A stretch of 61,878 nt of DNA, filler included. It is 8 parts of 8 records of this genome, joined end to end, with 100 filler letters (N's around TTAATTAATTAA, not from the genome) between each part and the next. Parts side by side here need not be neighbours in the genome. Positions count along the whole stretch, not along the records: positions 27,267 to 48,459 come from SRR20825010_3382; 7 more parts are not named here. One strand, given 5' to 3'. The first letter of the stretch is position 1; each line of letters opens with the position of its first letter. This document shows positions 39,102-48,559 of the stretch, piece after piece. Both the position numbers and the translations under genes were made by a program. The notes under the pieces were generated by a model. It ran no database searches, had not been told where the DNA came from, and saw only the letters and a program-made list of their open reading frames with translations.

Positions 39102-40865
39102 TTAGTCTTCCCCGCGCGGGATGACCCTCGGATCGCCATAGCCGAAATACCCGGCATAGGGTGCAAGCGTATCCAGATAAGGCGCCATCTGGTCCCGGTA
39201 CCGTGCCCACCGGCCGACGGCGCGGGTATAGATCGGCTCCGATACCTGGCGGAAACTGGGGGTCCGGATCATCCCGCGCGCCTTGGCATGCGCCGTGTGA
39301 TCGAGCACCGCGTCCGTCCAGTCGAGGCCGAGGAAATCAACCGCCTGCCGGGCCACACCTTCCGTATCCGCGACCAGATCCTCATATCGCACAGTGATAT
39401 GGTCCGGCGACAACGCCCGCTCGATCTCGTGCCACAGAGACATGACACGCGCATAGAAACCGGCGGCCCCCTCCATCGAAGTGAAACTGGCCATCGCCGA
39501 GTTGAGCCGGATCGACTGCATGAAACAGCTCAGGCAGCAGTCGCACGGATGGCGCAGGGACAGGATGACCTTGGCATTCGGATAGAGCCTGAGGGCAAGC
39601 GGCAGATAAATGATGTTGAGCGGCATCTTGTCGATCACCACGCGCGGCCGGTCTTCGCCAGCCCAGCGTGTCAGCTTGGCCATGTATTCCTTACGCAACC
39701 GGTCGGCTTCAGCCTCGTCGAGCGTGGCCAGCCGTTCGGCCAGCGTTTCCTTTCCCGCCGCAATGAACCCGGCCCCGACGCTGGAAAGCACAGGCTGCTC
39801 CTCGATCACCCGCGCATCCGGATGGGCGTCCAGAATCTGGTCCAGCAATGTCGTCCCGGAGCGCGGAAAACCGACCATGAACACGGCGGGCGGTGGCGCC
39901 TCCGGAAGCGGCGCCCAGCGCGCCGGCCAGCCGTCCGAAATCGCGCCCGCGAAAGCATCAAGCGTGCTCAGAAACGGACGCGGATCGGCGGCGCCAGACG
40001 GTGCGCGCTGAACCGCGATCCGGTTGCCCCGCTCGAAACGGCTCCAGGCCTCGTCATACTGCCCGAGCCGGTCGAGAACAGTCCCCAGCTCGAACTCGAC
40101 GGCATCCCGCCCCGCCTCGCCATCCATCGCCTCGGGCAAAGCCTGCAAGCGGTGCAGCGCGCCGTCGAGATCGCCCCGGCGGCGCTCGACAATCGAGAGA
40201 AACAAGGCGCTGACGTGATCCTGCGCATCAATCACCAGAGCCCGGCCGGCCGCCCGGCCTGCGAGCTCGAGCTTCGACAGGGTCTCGGCGAGAGCTGCCA
40301 TCCGGCGCCATGCCAGATTACCGTCCGGGCCGGCAATCACGGCCCGGCGCAGCTCCGTCTCCGCTTTCCCCTCGCGGCCGGATTCACGCAGGATCACGGC
40401 AAGATTGACCCGCACCCAGTCGAGATACGGATCAGCATGCAGGGCTTTCCGCGCCACCCGCTCCGCCTCCTCGGTCCGGCCAAGATCCTGGTAACTGCTT
40501 GCAAGCGCCCCCAGAGCTTCCGCCTTGCCCGGATGCAAGATCGCCCAGAGCGCCGTCGCCCTATGACGGCTGGCCAGGGGTTCGGCCGTGGAAGCGGCTG
40601 TCAACAGAGCCGCCGCCGCTGACGCACTCGGATCCAGAAGCACCGACCGCCGCGCCGCTTTCAGGGCAAGCGCGGCCGCCCCGGCCCGCAATCCAGCCGC
40701 CGCCGCCTGAACCCAGCCCCCCACCGCCGCCGGATGGCGCCGGGCAACATGCACGAACCCGTCCGCCGACCCCGCCAGATCCCCGCGCTCAAACGCCGCC
40801 TGAGCCTGGGCCATCAGGCGGCGGGTTTCGGTCAGATAGTCTGGATCGGCGGCAAAGGCGGACAT
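39102..40865 (-). CDS. TPR-repeat sulfotransferase
   Basis: Ala-rich TPR-like N-terminus; VGFPRSGTTLL (PAPS loop), DKMPLN, RHP.D..LS, RYEDLV and TPS..QV. Confidence 0.92.
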   Translation of the reverse strand: MSAFAADPDYLTETRRLMAQAQAAFERGDLAGSADGFVHVARRHPAAVGGWVQAAAAGLRAGAAALALKAARRSVLLDPSASAAAALLTAASTAEPLASRHRATALWAILHPGKAEALGALASSYQDLGRTEEAERVARKALHADPYLDWVRVNLAVILRESGREGKAETELRRAVIAGPDGNLAWRRMAALAETLSKLELAGRAAGRALVIDAQDHVSALFLSIVERRRGDLDGALHRLQALPEAMDGEAGRDAVEFELGTVLDRLGQYDEAWSRFERGNRIAVQRAPSGAADPRPFLSTLDAFAGAISDGWPARWAPLPEAPPPAVFMVGFPRSGTTLLDQILDAHPDARVIEEQPVLSSVGAGFIAAGKETLAERLATLDEAEADRLRKEYMAKLTRWAGEDRPRVVIDKMPLNIIYLPLALRLYPNAKVILSLRHPCDCCLSCFMQSIRLNSAMASFTSMEGAAGFYARVMSLWHEIERALSPDHITVRYEDLVADTEGVARQAVDFLGLDWTDAVLDHTAHAKARGMIRTPSFRQVSEPIYTRAVGRWARYRDQMAPYLDTLAPYAGYFGYGDPRVIPRGED

Positions 40866-41058
40866 CGAGGCAAACTCTTCGGTGATTCAACGCGAGAGTA
40901 ATCGATCATGATCAACGCGCGATAGCCATCGCGTTCCGGCCGCGTTGAAAATGGAAAAGGAGAAGTAGAGCTTGATGCCGGATATCGTTAACGTCATTTT
41001 CATCGCACGGGCCCATTCGGCGACCCTGAAAAATAAAAAATACATAGGGAGTATAATA

Positions 41059-42081
41059 ATGAACTTTCGTCCATCACGCGTGATCACGGCTGGTGCCGTT
41101 GCTCTTGGGATTACCTTGAGTGCCGGAATGGCCTCTGCCCAGGAAGCAAAGAGCTATATCCTGTCGACCGCGTCGACCGGTGGCACCTACTACCCGGTTG
41201 GTGTGGCGCTCGCCACCCTGACCAAGGTCAAGCTGGAGCCAAAAACGAAAATTGGCATGTCCGCCATTTCCTCGGCCGGATCGGGCGAGAACGTGAAACT
41301 GCTCCGCGACGGCGAGGCCCAGTTCGCAATTCTTCAGGGGCTTTTCGGCTATTATGCCGCAACCGGTACCGGCCCAGTCGCTGCCGACGGTCCGCAGACC
41401 AAACTGCGTTCCATCAGCATGCTGTGGCAGAATGTCGAGCATTACATCGTTGCCGCAGACAAAGCGAAAACCGGCACCATGGCCGACTTCGTCGCCCTGA
41501 AGGGCGAGGCCGTTGCGATGGGTGCCAAGAATTCCGGCACCATCGGTTCCAACCGTACCATCCTGTCCGGGTTTGGCCTGGATATGGACAAGGATTTTGA
41601 GCTGATGTACGGCGGATATGGCCCATCGGTTTCCGCCTTGCAGGATGGCAAGATTGCCGGCGTCGGGGTGCCGGGTGGCGTTCCTGTCGGGGCGCTGGTT
41701 CAGCTGATGTCGACCGCTGGCGACAGCGTGAAGATGCTGAGCATGACCGAAGACGAAGTGAAGAAGGCCGATAACGGCCGCGGTCTGTGGGTTCCCTACA
41801 CCATTCCGGCCAACTCCTATCCCGGCCAGACAACGGACATCCAGACCGTTGCCCAGCCGAACTTCCTGGCCACGACGGCGGATATTCCGGAAGAAGATGT
41901 CTATCAGATCACCAAGACGATCTTTGAAAACCTTGGCTTCCTGAACGCCATCCATGCCGCCACGAAGGCGATGTCGATTGACAAGGCGATTGGCGGTCTT
42001 CCGGTACCGCTGCATCCCGGTGCCGCGCGGTACTACAAGGAAGTCGGGATCTCCATCCCTGATCACCTGATCGCCAAATAA
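41059..42081 (+). CDS. TAXI-family TRAP substrate-binding protein
   Basis: Signal peptide; TASTGGTYYPVG, SAGSGEN and PLHPGAARYYKE. Confidence 0.95.
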   Translation: MNFRPSRVITAGAVALGITLSAGMASAQEAKSYILSTASTGGTYYPVGVALATLTKVKLEPKTKIGMSAISSAGSGENVKLLRDGEAQFAILQGLFGYYAATGTGPVAADGPQTKLRSISMLWQNVEHYIVAADKAKTGTMADFVALKGEAVAMGAKNSGTIGSNRTILSGFGLDMDKDFELMYGGYGPSVSALQDGKIAGVGVPGGVPVGALVQLMSTAGDSVKMLSMTEDEVKKADNGRGLWVPYTIPANSYPGQTTDIQTVAQPNFLATTADIPEEDVYQITKTIFENLGFLNAIHAATKAMSIDKAIGGLPVPLHPGAARYYKEVGISIPDHLIAK

Positions 42082-42117
42082 CAATCAGGTACCGTTTGAC
42101 TAACATTGAACAGGTTG

Positions 42118-42150
42118 ACCGGAGGCCGGATTACGCGGCCTCCGGTTTTT
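42118..42150 (+). terminator. intra-operon hairpin/terminator after the TAXI binding-protein gene
   Basis: accggaggccg-gattacg-cggcctccggt-tttt. Confidence 0.7.
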
Positions 42151-42201
42151 CGAATCCGGCATCAAGCCGGTGCGAGAAAAACACCACGGGCAGGGATACA
42201 G

Positions 42202-44319
42202 ATGAGTTTCGAGAACGCCGAAGATGTTGACGTCAGGAAAAGGTCCAGGACCGAGACCACCATCCTTTTTCTGGCTGTTGGCATCGCCCTTTTCCATATC
42301 TGGATGAACACGCTGGGCACGCTGCCCACGCTGTTTCAGAACGGGTTTCATTTCGCCGGATTTGCGCTGCTCTGTGGTCTGGTGACGTCGGTCTCAAGGA
42401 AGCCCTGGGCACAACGCCCGCTGATCCGGGCACTCGATATCGGCTTCGGGGGCCTTGTCGCCATCGCCGCGCTTTATATCGTGAATGCCGAAAGCGCGAT
42501 CTACGATCGCGGCGTCCGGCTCTCGTCGCTGGACTGGGTCATGGGATCCATCTGCATCATCGGGGCGATCGAGTTTACCCGCCGCACAACCGGGATGATC
42601 ATTCCGGTCCTGATCGTCACGGCGCTCGCCTATATTTCGTGGTTCGGTGCCTATGTGCCGGGTGTGTTCCGGTTCGCCGGCCTGCAACCCGAGACCCTGA
42701 TGTTCCGGTCGATGTATGGCGACGATGCGCTGTTCGGCAGTATCGCCGGGATCTCCTCCACCTTTGTTTTCATGTTTATCCTTTTTGGTGCCTTCCTTCT
42801 GAAGTCGGGGGCGGGGAACTTCATCGTCAATATTTCCAGAACGGTTGCCGGCAATCTTGTCGGCGGGCCCGGCCTGGTTGCGGTGATCGCCAGCGGCCTG
42901 ACGGGCACGATTTCGGGGTCCGCGGTCGCCAATACGGCATCAACCGGCGTCATCACGATCCCGCTGATGAAAAAGGCCGGGTTCAAACCGCAATTCGCAG
43001 GCGGCGTGGAAGCAGCCGCATCCACCGGCGGGCAGCTGATGCCGCCGATCATGGGCGCCGGCGCCTTCGTCATGGCCTCCATCACCCAGCTTCCCTACAC
43101 CACCATCGTGATGGTCAGCATCCTGCCCGCCATCCTGTATTTTCTGACCGTTGCCTTCTTCGTCCGGATCGAGGCGCGGAAGGTGAACGCCATCCTGCCG
43201 CCGGACGAGAATTCGCCGACCGTCTGGCAGGTCTTCAAGGAAGGCGGCCCGCCCTTCATCATCCCGGTCGCCCTGCTGATCGGAATGCTGGTCATCGGCT
43301 ACACGCCGACATATGCCGCCGGTTTCGCAATCCTGACCTGTATCGGGGCGTCCTGGCTGACCCCGAACCGCATGGGCTTGAAAGAGATCATCGCCGCCCT
43401 TGAGCTCGGGTCGCGGAACATGATCATGACAGCCATCCTGTTGTGCTCCGTCGGCCTCATCGTCAATGTCATTTCAACAACCGGCCTCGGCAACACCTTC
43501 TCGCTGATGATCACCAATTGGGCAGGCGGCTCCCTCTCCATCGCCATCATCCTGGTGGCCCTGGCCTCCCTCGTTCTGGGCATGGGCCTGCCGGTCACCG
43601 CCGCCTATATCGTTCTGGGCACCCTTTCGGCCCCCGCGCTCAACCAGCTTATCCTGCAGGACCAGCTGATCGAACAGCTGGTGAGCGGCACCCTGCCGGA
43701 CGCCGCCAAGGCGATCTTCATGCTGACCGCGCCCGAATCCATCGCAGCCCTCGCCGGCCCGATGCCATTCGATCAGGCCCATGCGCTGATCAAGGGCATG
43801 CCGTTTGAAAGCCTGTCCCTGCTGTATGACACGGCCTTCACCGCGCCCGTTCTGGCGACCGCCCTGCTGTCGGCGCATATGATCGTGTTCTGGCTGTCCC
43901 AGGACAGCAACGTGACTCCGCCCGTATGCCTGGCCTCCTTCACCGCCGCCGCCATCGCCAAATCGCCGCCGATGCTGACCGGGTTCTATTCCTGGAAAAT
44001 TGCCAAAGGGCTGTATTTCGTCCCCTTCCTGATCGCCTTCACGCCGCTCATGAGCGGTAATTGGGGGGAGATGCTGGAAGTGTTCGGGTTCGCCGTTTTC
44101 GGCTTCTGGGCGCTCTGCGCGGCCCTGGATGGCCATTGGGAAAACAAGATGAACCTGCTTGAACGCGCGGTGATCGGCGCGGTCGGCTTCGCCCTGATGT
44201 GGCCGGCCCACCTCTATGTCAACATCGCCGCGCTCGCCGTGTTTGCCGTGGTTTTTTACCTCAACAAACGCAAACCCTGGCCCCATGCCAATGCGGAAGT
44301 GGGCGTGCGGAGCACGTAA
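42202..44319 (+). CDS. TAXI-TRAP fused permease (4TM/12TM)
   Basis: GTISGSAVAN, EAAASTGGQLMPPIMGAGAF, LGMGLP and TPPVC. Confidence 0.95.
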   Translation: MSFENAEDVDVRKRSRTETTILFLAVGIALFHIWMNTLGTLPTLFQNGFHFAGFALLCGLVTSVSRKPWAQRPLIRALDIGFGGLVAIAALYIVNAESAIYDRGVRLSSLDWVMGSICIIGAIEFTRRTTGMIIPVLIVTALAYISWFGAYVPGVFRFAGLQPETLMFRSMYGDDALFGSIAGISSTFVFMFILFGAFLLKSGAGNFIVNISRTVAGNLVGGPGLVAVIASGLTGTISGSAVANTASTGVITIPLMKKAGFKPQFAGGVEAAASTGGQLMPPIMGAGAFVMASITQLPYTTIVMVSILPAILYFLTVAFFVRIEARKVNAILPPDENSPTVWQVFKEGGPPFIIPVALLIGMLVIGYTPTYAAGFAILTCIGASWLTPNRMGLKEIIAALELGSRNMIMTAILLCSVGLIVNVISTTGLGNTFSLMITNWAGGSLSIAIILVALASLVLGMGLPVTAAYIVLGTLSAPALNQLILQDQLIEQLVSGTLPDAAKAIFMLTAPESIAALAGPMPFDQAHALIKGMPFESLSLLYDTAFTAPVLATALLSAHMIVFWLSQDSNVTPPVCLASFTAAAIAKSPPMLTGFYSWKIAKGLYFVPFLIAFTPLMSGNWGEMLEVFGFAVFGFWALCAALDGHWENKMNLLERAVIGAVGFALMWPAHLYVNIAALAVFAVVFYLNKRKPWPHANAEVGVRST

Positions 44320-44327
44320 CGGCAGCG

Positions 44328-44357
44328 ACCCGCCGCCTGGGTCATCAGGCGGCGGGT
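44328..44357. terminator. strong hairpin after the TRAP operon
   Basis: acccgccgcctg-ggtcat-caggcggcgggt; U-tract is weak. Confidence 0.6.
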
Positions 44358-44512
44358 TCCGGTGAGATCGTGTGGTCGGCCAGCAAGGGCGAACATCGGG
44401 ACAAACTCTTGTGTGATGCACCAGATAAAAAAACTTGGCGTTTCGGAAATGTCTGGAAGCGGTCGTTTGCAGATAGGCCGGTTGTTCATGAAAAACAGTT
44501 GCCGCGTGATTC

Positions 44513-45181
44513 CTAGAGAGACTCCCTGACCTTCACGATCAGATCCGCGTCGTCATGAGGACGCGACCGCTTATGATAGTTGATGAGTTCACGCGTTAAG
44601 CCGGAGAGCGTAGGGAGTTCGCCTCCGATGTCCATTCCTTCGAGTTCGGCTGCGATGGCGCTGAATTTTTGTAGCTGCTCCTCTTGCTCTGCGATGCACT
44701 CGCTGGCCGTCTCTTCGCCGTACAGAATCTCATAATCCCGCACGCAGTCACTGATCTCCCCGTGCCCTATGCTCATCGCACGCGTACGCACAGCATAGAT
44801 GCGGTAGTCTGAGCGCATCCCACAGGGCTTGAGCGCCTCGTCCATGAGGCACCCGGTGACAACCACTCCTCCACGATCTGTGACGGCTTCTGACATCGCT
44901 TTCTTCAGGTCAGAGAAGTTCAGCGCTTCAAGGAACATGCCCTGTTCGCGTCTAAGATGATGATCAAGGTCGACATGACCGAATTGAAGAACGTGGCTGA
45001 GTTGCTCCCCCATCGTTGTTTTGCAGACACCGTCAAGCCCGTCGATGGAGACCACGGATGCATCTGGGTGAATGCAGCTAGCGAGTTGGTCCCTGACCCA
45101 TACGGCCATGGCCGCGATCCCCTGCTGTCGGTTGTCCGAGTCGAAGTCGCATACGAGCTGTTGTAGGTGCGTTGGGACCAA
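44513..45181 (-). CDS. hypothetical P-loop (nucleoside/nucleotide kinase-like) protein with atypical Walker A
   Basis: VVSIDGLDGVCKTT, HVDLD and YH....P...AD; TTG start at 45181 behind GGGAGG (ORF-track start is 45322). Confidence 0.65.
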   Translation of the reverse strand: MVPTHLQQLVCDFDSDNRQQGIAAMAVWVRDQLASCIHPDASVVSIDGLDGVCKTTMGEQLSHVLQFGHVDLDHHLRREQGMFLEALNFSDLKKAMSEAVTDRGGVVVTGCLMDEALKPCGMRSDYRIYAVRTRAMSIGHGEISDCVRDYEILYGEETASECIAEQEEQLQKFSAIAAELEGMDIGGELPTLSGLTRELINYHKRSRPHDDADLIVKVRESL

Positions 45182-45378
45182 GACGTCCTCCCGGTGCTTG
45201 CACCGCCTCGACCGAGTATTGTTGCGGCCAAAGGGGGCTATGGGGGAAATGTGAGAACTCGCAGCACAGAAGGCTGCTTCGCAACTCGGCAAGTAAACTT
45301 GAATGGCTGAGGTCGAATCCACTCATATGAAGAAGCCCGTCTCACAACGAGTCGATCGAAGTCAACTCTGCGATGGAC

Positions 45379-46008
45379 CTACTGGTCGTTGCGGGAAGCT
45401 CGATTGAGTGCCCACTCCAGGCGCGCTGCCATCGCTAGAAACGACTCTGTGGCCTCAAACGACGGTGAGAAATCATCTGCATGAGCTGCCTCGTTCCGCA
45501 GTGAGCGCAAGTCATGGAATACAGCGACTTCCGTTGGAGAAATTTTCTGCTCTTGAAGCAGTAGCTTCATGAGTGCGGTTGGCGACTTGCTGCGTGTATG
45601 GAGCGCATTATCACTCACCGCCCGCTCAAGGGCACGCTCCACTCGTATCCACGCCTCAAGCACTGCGGAGCGCGGGTCGAGCTGCCCCTTTCGTAGGAGT
45701 TCAGCTCTGGCTGTGCTGACAACCCAGTCGTCATACTCGGTATCGGTAGAAAGAGGTGCTGTAAGGCCGTCTTCCTCAACGACTTCGGCTGCTTCGCGTA
45801 CACCACGTTCGAAATCGAACTCCGCCTCAAGGGAGCCAGCCTTGAGTCGCTTCAAGAAGGGGATGAGGTCCTTCAATTGCCTCTTGAAAACCAGCAGGAT
45901 GACCGTTGCTGCGACCGGCCAAGCCACAGCATCAACGAAATCAACGAGCAGCTTTCCCCATGCAAGAAAATCGGGCGGCGTATCAGGGTTCGGAGCAAGG
46001 TCAGCCAT
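45379..46008 (-). CDS. N-terminal TM helix + C-terminal HEPN-like (DUF4145-like) domain protein
   Basis: AWP-containing TM helix, PRSAVLEAW..VE..L and LRSLRNEAAH (RxxxxH). Confidence 0.75.
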   Translation of the reverse strand: MADLAPNPDTPPDFLAWGKLLVDFVDAVAWPVAATVILLVFKRQLKDLIPFLKRLKAGSLEAEFDFERGVREAAEVVEEDGLTAPLSTDTEYDDWVVSTARAELLRKGQLDPRSAVLEAWIRVERALERAVSDNALHTRSKSPTALMKLLLQEQKISPTEVAVFHDLRSLRNEAAHADDFSPSFEATESFLAMAARLEWALNRASRNDQ

Positions 46009-46124
46009 GGGAGACTAGTCCAACAAGACTCGTGCGAACTGAAAACATCAGTGCGCTTACTCGTGCATCGCTTGCAATAATAGTCAAGCGATACTCGCCG
46101 TAGGCGACCCAAAAATGACAATAT

Positions 46125-46148
46125 GTGTGGGACAAACGTGTGGGACAA
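46125..46148. repeat. integrase arm-type direct repeat (left set)
   Basis: GTGTGGGACAA twice at 13-bp period. Confidence 0.7.
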
Positions 46149-46208
46149 CGCACACCCCGACCCATTCAAGGCATTGAAATTACTGCACTATATAGGGAGC
46201 AGGGAAAC

Positions 46209-46235
46209 TGGCGGAGAGAGAGGGACACTCCGCCA
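46209..46235 (-). mobile_element. att site: duplicated 3' end of a tRNA (probably Ser) within an inverted core
   Basis: Minus strand of 46209-46225 reads TCCCTCTCTCTCCGCCA, but the T-loop GGTTCGAA is absent. TGGCGGAG-N11-CTCCGCCA inverted repeat, about 110 nt upstream of the integrase. Confidence 0.8.
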
Positions 46236-46300
46236 AGCAACGCAAGACCCCGCAGAAATCCTATAACTTACCGAGATAATTGATATTTTCACCCATTTTG

Positions 46301-46327
46301 ATGTTACAGAACATGTTACAAAACATG
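46301..46327. repeat. integrase arm-type direct repeat (right set)
   Basis: ATGTTACAGAAC-ATGTTACAAAAC-ATG at 12-bp period. Confidence 0.7.
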
Positions 46328-46344
46328 GATTCTGGGAATGTTCG

Positions 46345-48030
46345 ATGGCGGGGAAAACCAAGCACATTTTAAACCGCGACGGACGGTTTTATGCCCGCGT
46401 TGTAGTGCCACCAGAATTGCGCCGCATCATTGGAAAGACAGAACTGCGTGAACCGCTTGGGCCCGATAAGCGGACTGCCGAGCGCAATCTTCATAAAGTC
46501 GTCGCTCATCTTTTCGAAAAAATCGATCAGGCGAAAAACCAACTTGCGTCCGAGACGCCTCCACTGACGAAGGTTGTCAGGGAGTTCTACAAACGAGAGC
46601 TTGAAAGAGACGACGATAGTCGCGCGCAGGCAGGCGAGAACCAGATCAGAGAGTTTAACGAACTGACCAGCAACGCACTGGCGACTTCTCTGCGTCGCTT
46701 GGCTGCGGGTCGCCTGGATGAGGAGGAGGCAGAAGTAATATTAGGTTGGGCCGCTGACGAGATCGCGGAAAGAGGTGAAGCGACTGCAATCCACGGCACC
46801 CCGGAACGCCGCGAGTTGCTACAGGTGCTCGCCGGAGTAAAACTGGAAGCGCTAGCGCGTTCACGCGAGCGCGATAACGGTATAGTCATGCTGCCAGAAC
46901 CGTCGCTTCCGATCCTGCTTGACCAGAAGCCTCCTGTTCCACCGACCTTAAGCGAACTAGGACGGGGCCGGGTCCTCAGCGAACACTCGTATAAGACATT
47001 GGGCGAGCTGCTTCCCATGTTCCATGAGGAGCGGACAGCCATTCGACCAGCCACTGCGAAAGAGCATGCTGTTGCGGTTCGGATGCTCGAAGAGTTCTTC
47101 GGCGAACTGAAGCCGGTATGCGACATTTCACGGCAAGATATGCTTGCTTATAAACGCGCCCTGCTTCGTGTTCCGAGCAATTATGTGAAACGGTTTCCAG
47201 GCCTGACATTACCGGAAGCTATTGATGCAAATGAGAAACGAGCCAAGCCTTTTCCAACACTGAATCCAGGCACAATCAGCGACAAATGGCTTGCTCACAT
47301 CAAGGCTATTCTCTCTTGGATGGCAAACAACGGCATCATCCCAGACAACCCCGCTGCCGGAGTTCGGGTAGAAGAAGGAGCTGGGCAGAAAGACCCTCCA
47401 AGGGTGCAATTCAGTCCAGAAGACCTCGCCAAAATATTCAGCCCACCGCTGTTTGCATCCGGTGCGCTATTGGAAACACGGCAGTGGGCATTGCTGGTAG
47501 CACTACACACAGGCGCCAGACCCTCAGAAATTGCTCAGATTCAGCTCGACCGCATAAGACAAGAGCGTGGTGTGCTTGTTTTTGATTTCGCAGAAAACCT
47601 GAAAAACAACGCGAGCATCAGGCTTGTTCCTGTGCACCAGCGCCTAATTGATTTGGGCCTAATGAACCGAGTTTCGGCTTTGCGTGAGTCGGGAGAGAAA
47701 CGGCTCTTCCCAGATTGGCTCCCAACGGCGTCAGGTAAGTATAGTGATCGCCTCCCGAGATGGTTCAACCGGACCTACCTCCCGTCACTAAAAATCCATG
47801 ATCAGAAGAAGCATTTCTACTCGTTCCGACACACCCTCAAAACCGCACTGTCGCTGGCTGGTGTGAGCAAAGAGCTTAACGATGCAATCGCGGGCCATGC
47901 TGATAAATCATCCGGCGCCCGCTACATCCATGGCTTCTCTATCGAAGCTCGCCAAGAGGCTTTGAATAAGGCTGTTTTCGATAGCGTCGATTGGAACACC
48001 ATCTTATCAAAGCAAGAGAACGCAGCATAA
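46345..48030 (+). CDS. tyrosine recombinase/integrase with N-terminal arm-binding (DUF6538-like) domain
   Basis: RDGRFYARVVVP..LR..IGK.ELR..L; catalytic TGARPSEI, LKN, YSFRH, GH and RY. Confidence 0.93.
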   Translation: MAGKTKHILNRDGRFYARVVVPPELRRIIGKTELREPLGPDKRTAERNLHKVVAHLFEKIDQAKNQLASETPPLTKVVREFYKRELERDDDSRAQAGENQIREFNELTSNALATSLRRLAAGRLDEEEAEVILGWAADEIAERGEATAIHGTPERRELLQVLAGVKLEALARSRERDNGIVMLPEPSLPILLDQKPPVPPTLSELGRGRVLSEHSYKTLGELLPMFHEERTAIRPATAKEHAVAVRMLEEFFGELKPVCDISRQDMLAYKRALLRVPSNYVKRFPGLTLPEAIDANEKRAKPFPTLNPGTISDKWLAHIKAILSWMANNGIIPDNPAAGVRVEEGAGQKDPPRVQFSPEDLAKIFSPPLFASGALLETRQWALLVALHTGARPSEIAQIQLDRIRQERGVLVFDFAENLKNNASIRLVPVHQRLIDLGLMNRVSALRESGEKRLFPDWLPTASGKYSDRLPRWFNRTYLPSLKIHDQKKHFYSFRHTLKTALSLAGVSKELNDAIAGHADKSSGARYIHGFSIEARQEALNKAVFDSVDWNTILSKQENAA

Positions 48031-48211
48031 TTTTCTGTTTATACCACTACTTCAGACAAAACACTATACTTGCTTCACAAACACCGAAGCCTTAGAAGAA
48101 TTATCCAATATTGACCCCCATCCAGAAGTCGCTTTCTATTTTATTTTACTACTAGATATTTATCAGTGATTTCTATATAATTGCCTGTATTACTTCAATA
48201 TAGGAACAGTC

Positions 48212-48388
48212 ATGCCGCACAACTCTGATAGAACTACTGTCTATATTACCAAAACGACCCGCGAAGCTCTTCGCCATCTTGCTCGCATCGAGCGCCGACC
48301 GATGGGAACGGTGATTGAACTTGCTATCGCCGAGCGCACCCACCGCGTCGAAGCGCCCCTGACAGAGCGTGAGTCCACCGACTCATGA
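48212..48388 (+). CDS. small ribbon-helix-helix (CopG-like) DNA-binding protein, 58 aa
   Basis: Not in the ORF track. MPHNSDRTTVYITKTTREALRHLARIERRPMGTVIELAI shows a strand-helix-helix pattern; AGGA RBS. Confidence 0.7.
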   Translation: MPHNSDRTTVYITKTTREALRHLARIERRPMGTVIELAIAERTHRVEAPLTERESTDS

Positions 48389-48459
48389 GCGAACTCGACA
48401 CCATCCTGTTTAGCGATGAAGAACTCGGCGCCCTTGAGGAGTCCGTGAACACCTTTCTG
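48385..48459 (+). CDS. start of unknown protein coupled to the RHH gene (truncated)
   Basis: ATGA overlap; MSELDTILFSDEELGALEESVNTFL is open to the contig end. Confidence 0.5.
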
Positions 48460-48559
48460 NNNNNNNNNNNNNNNNNNNNNNNNNNNNNNNNNNNNNNNNN
48501 NNNTTAATTAATTAANNNNNNNNNNNNNNNNNNNNNNNNNNNNNNNNNNNNNNNNNNNN
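48460..48559. other. artificial contig linker
   Basis: N44-TTAATTAATTAA-N44. Confidence 0.99.

Noticed and set aside
44396-44445. Possible left att/boundary of the older island (gggacaaac, aaacttggcg)
   Set aside because: Matches to the arm and core sequences are too short to separate from chance.
46209-46235. Complete tRNA gene
   Set aside because: Only 17 nt of the 3' end are present, with no T-loop, anticodon or D arm. Called as an att remnant.
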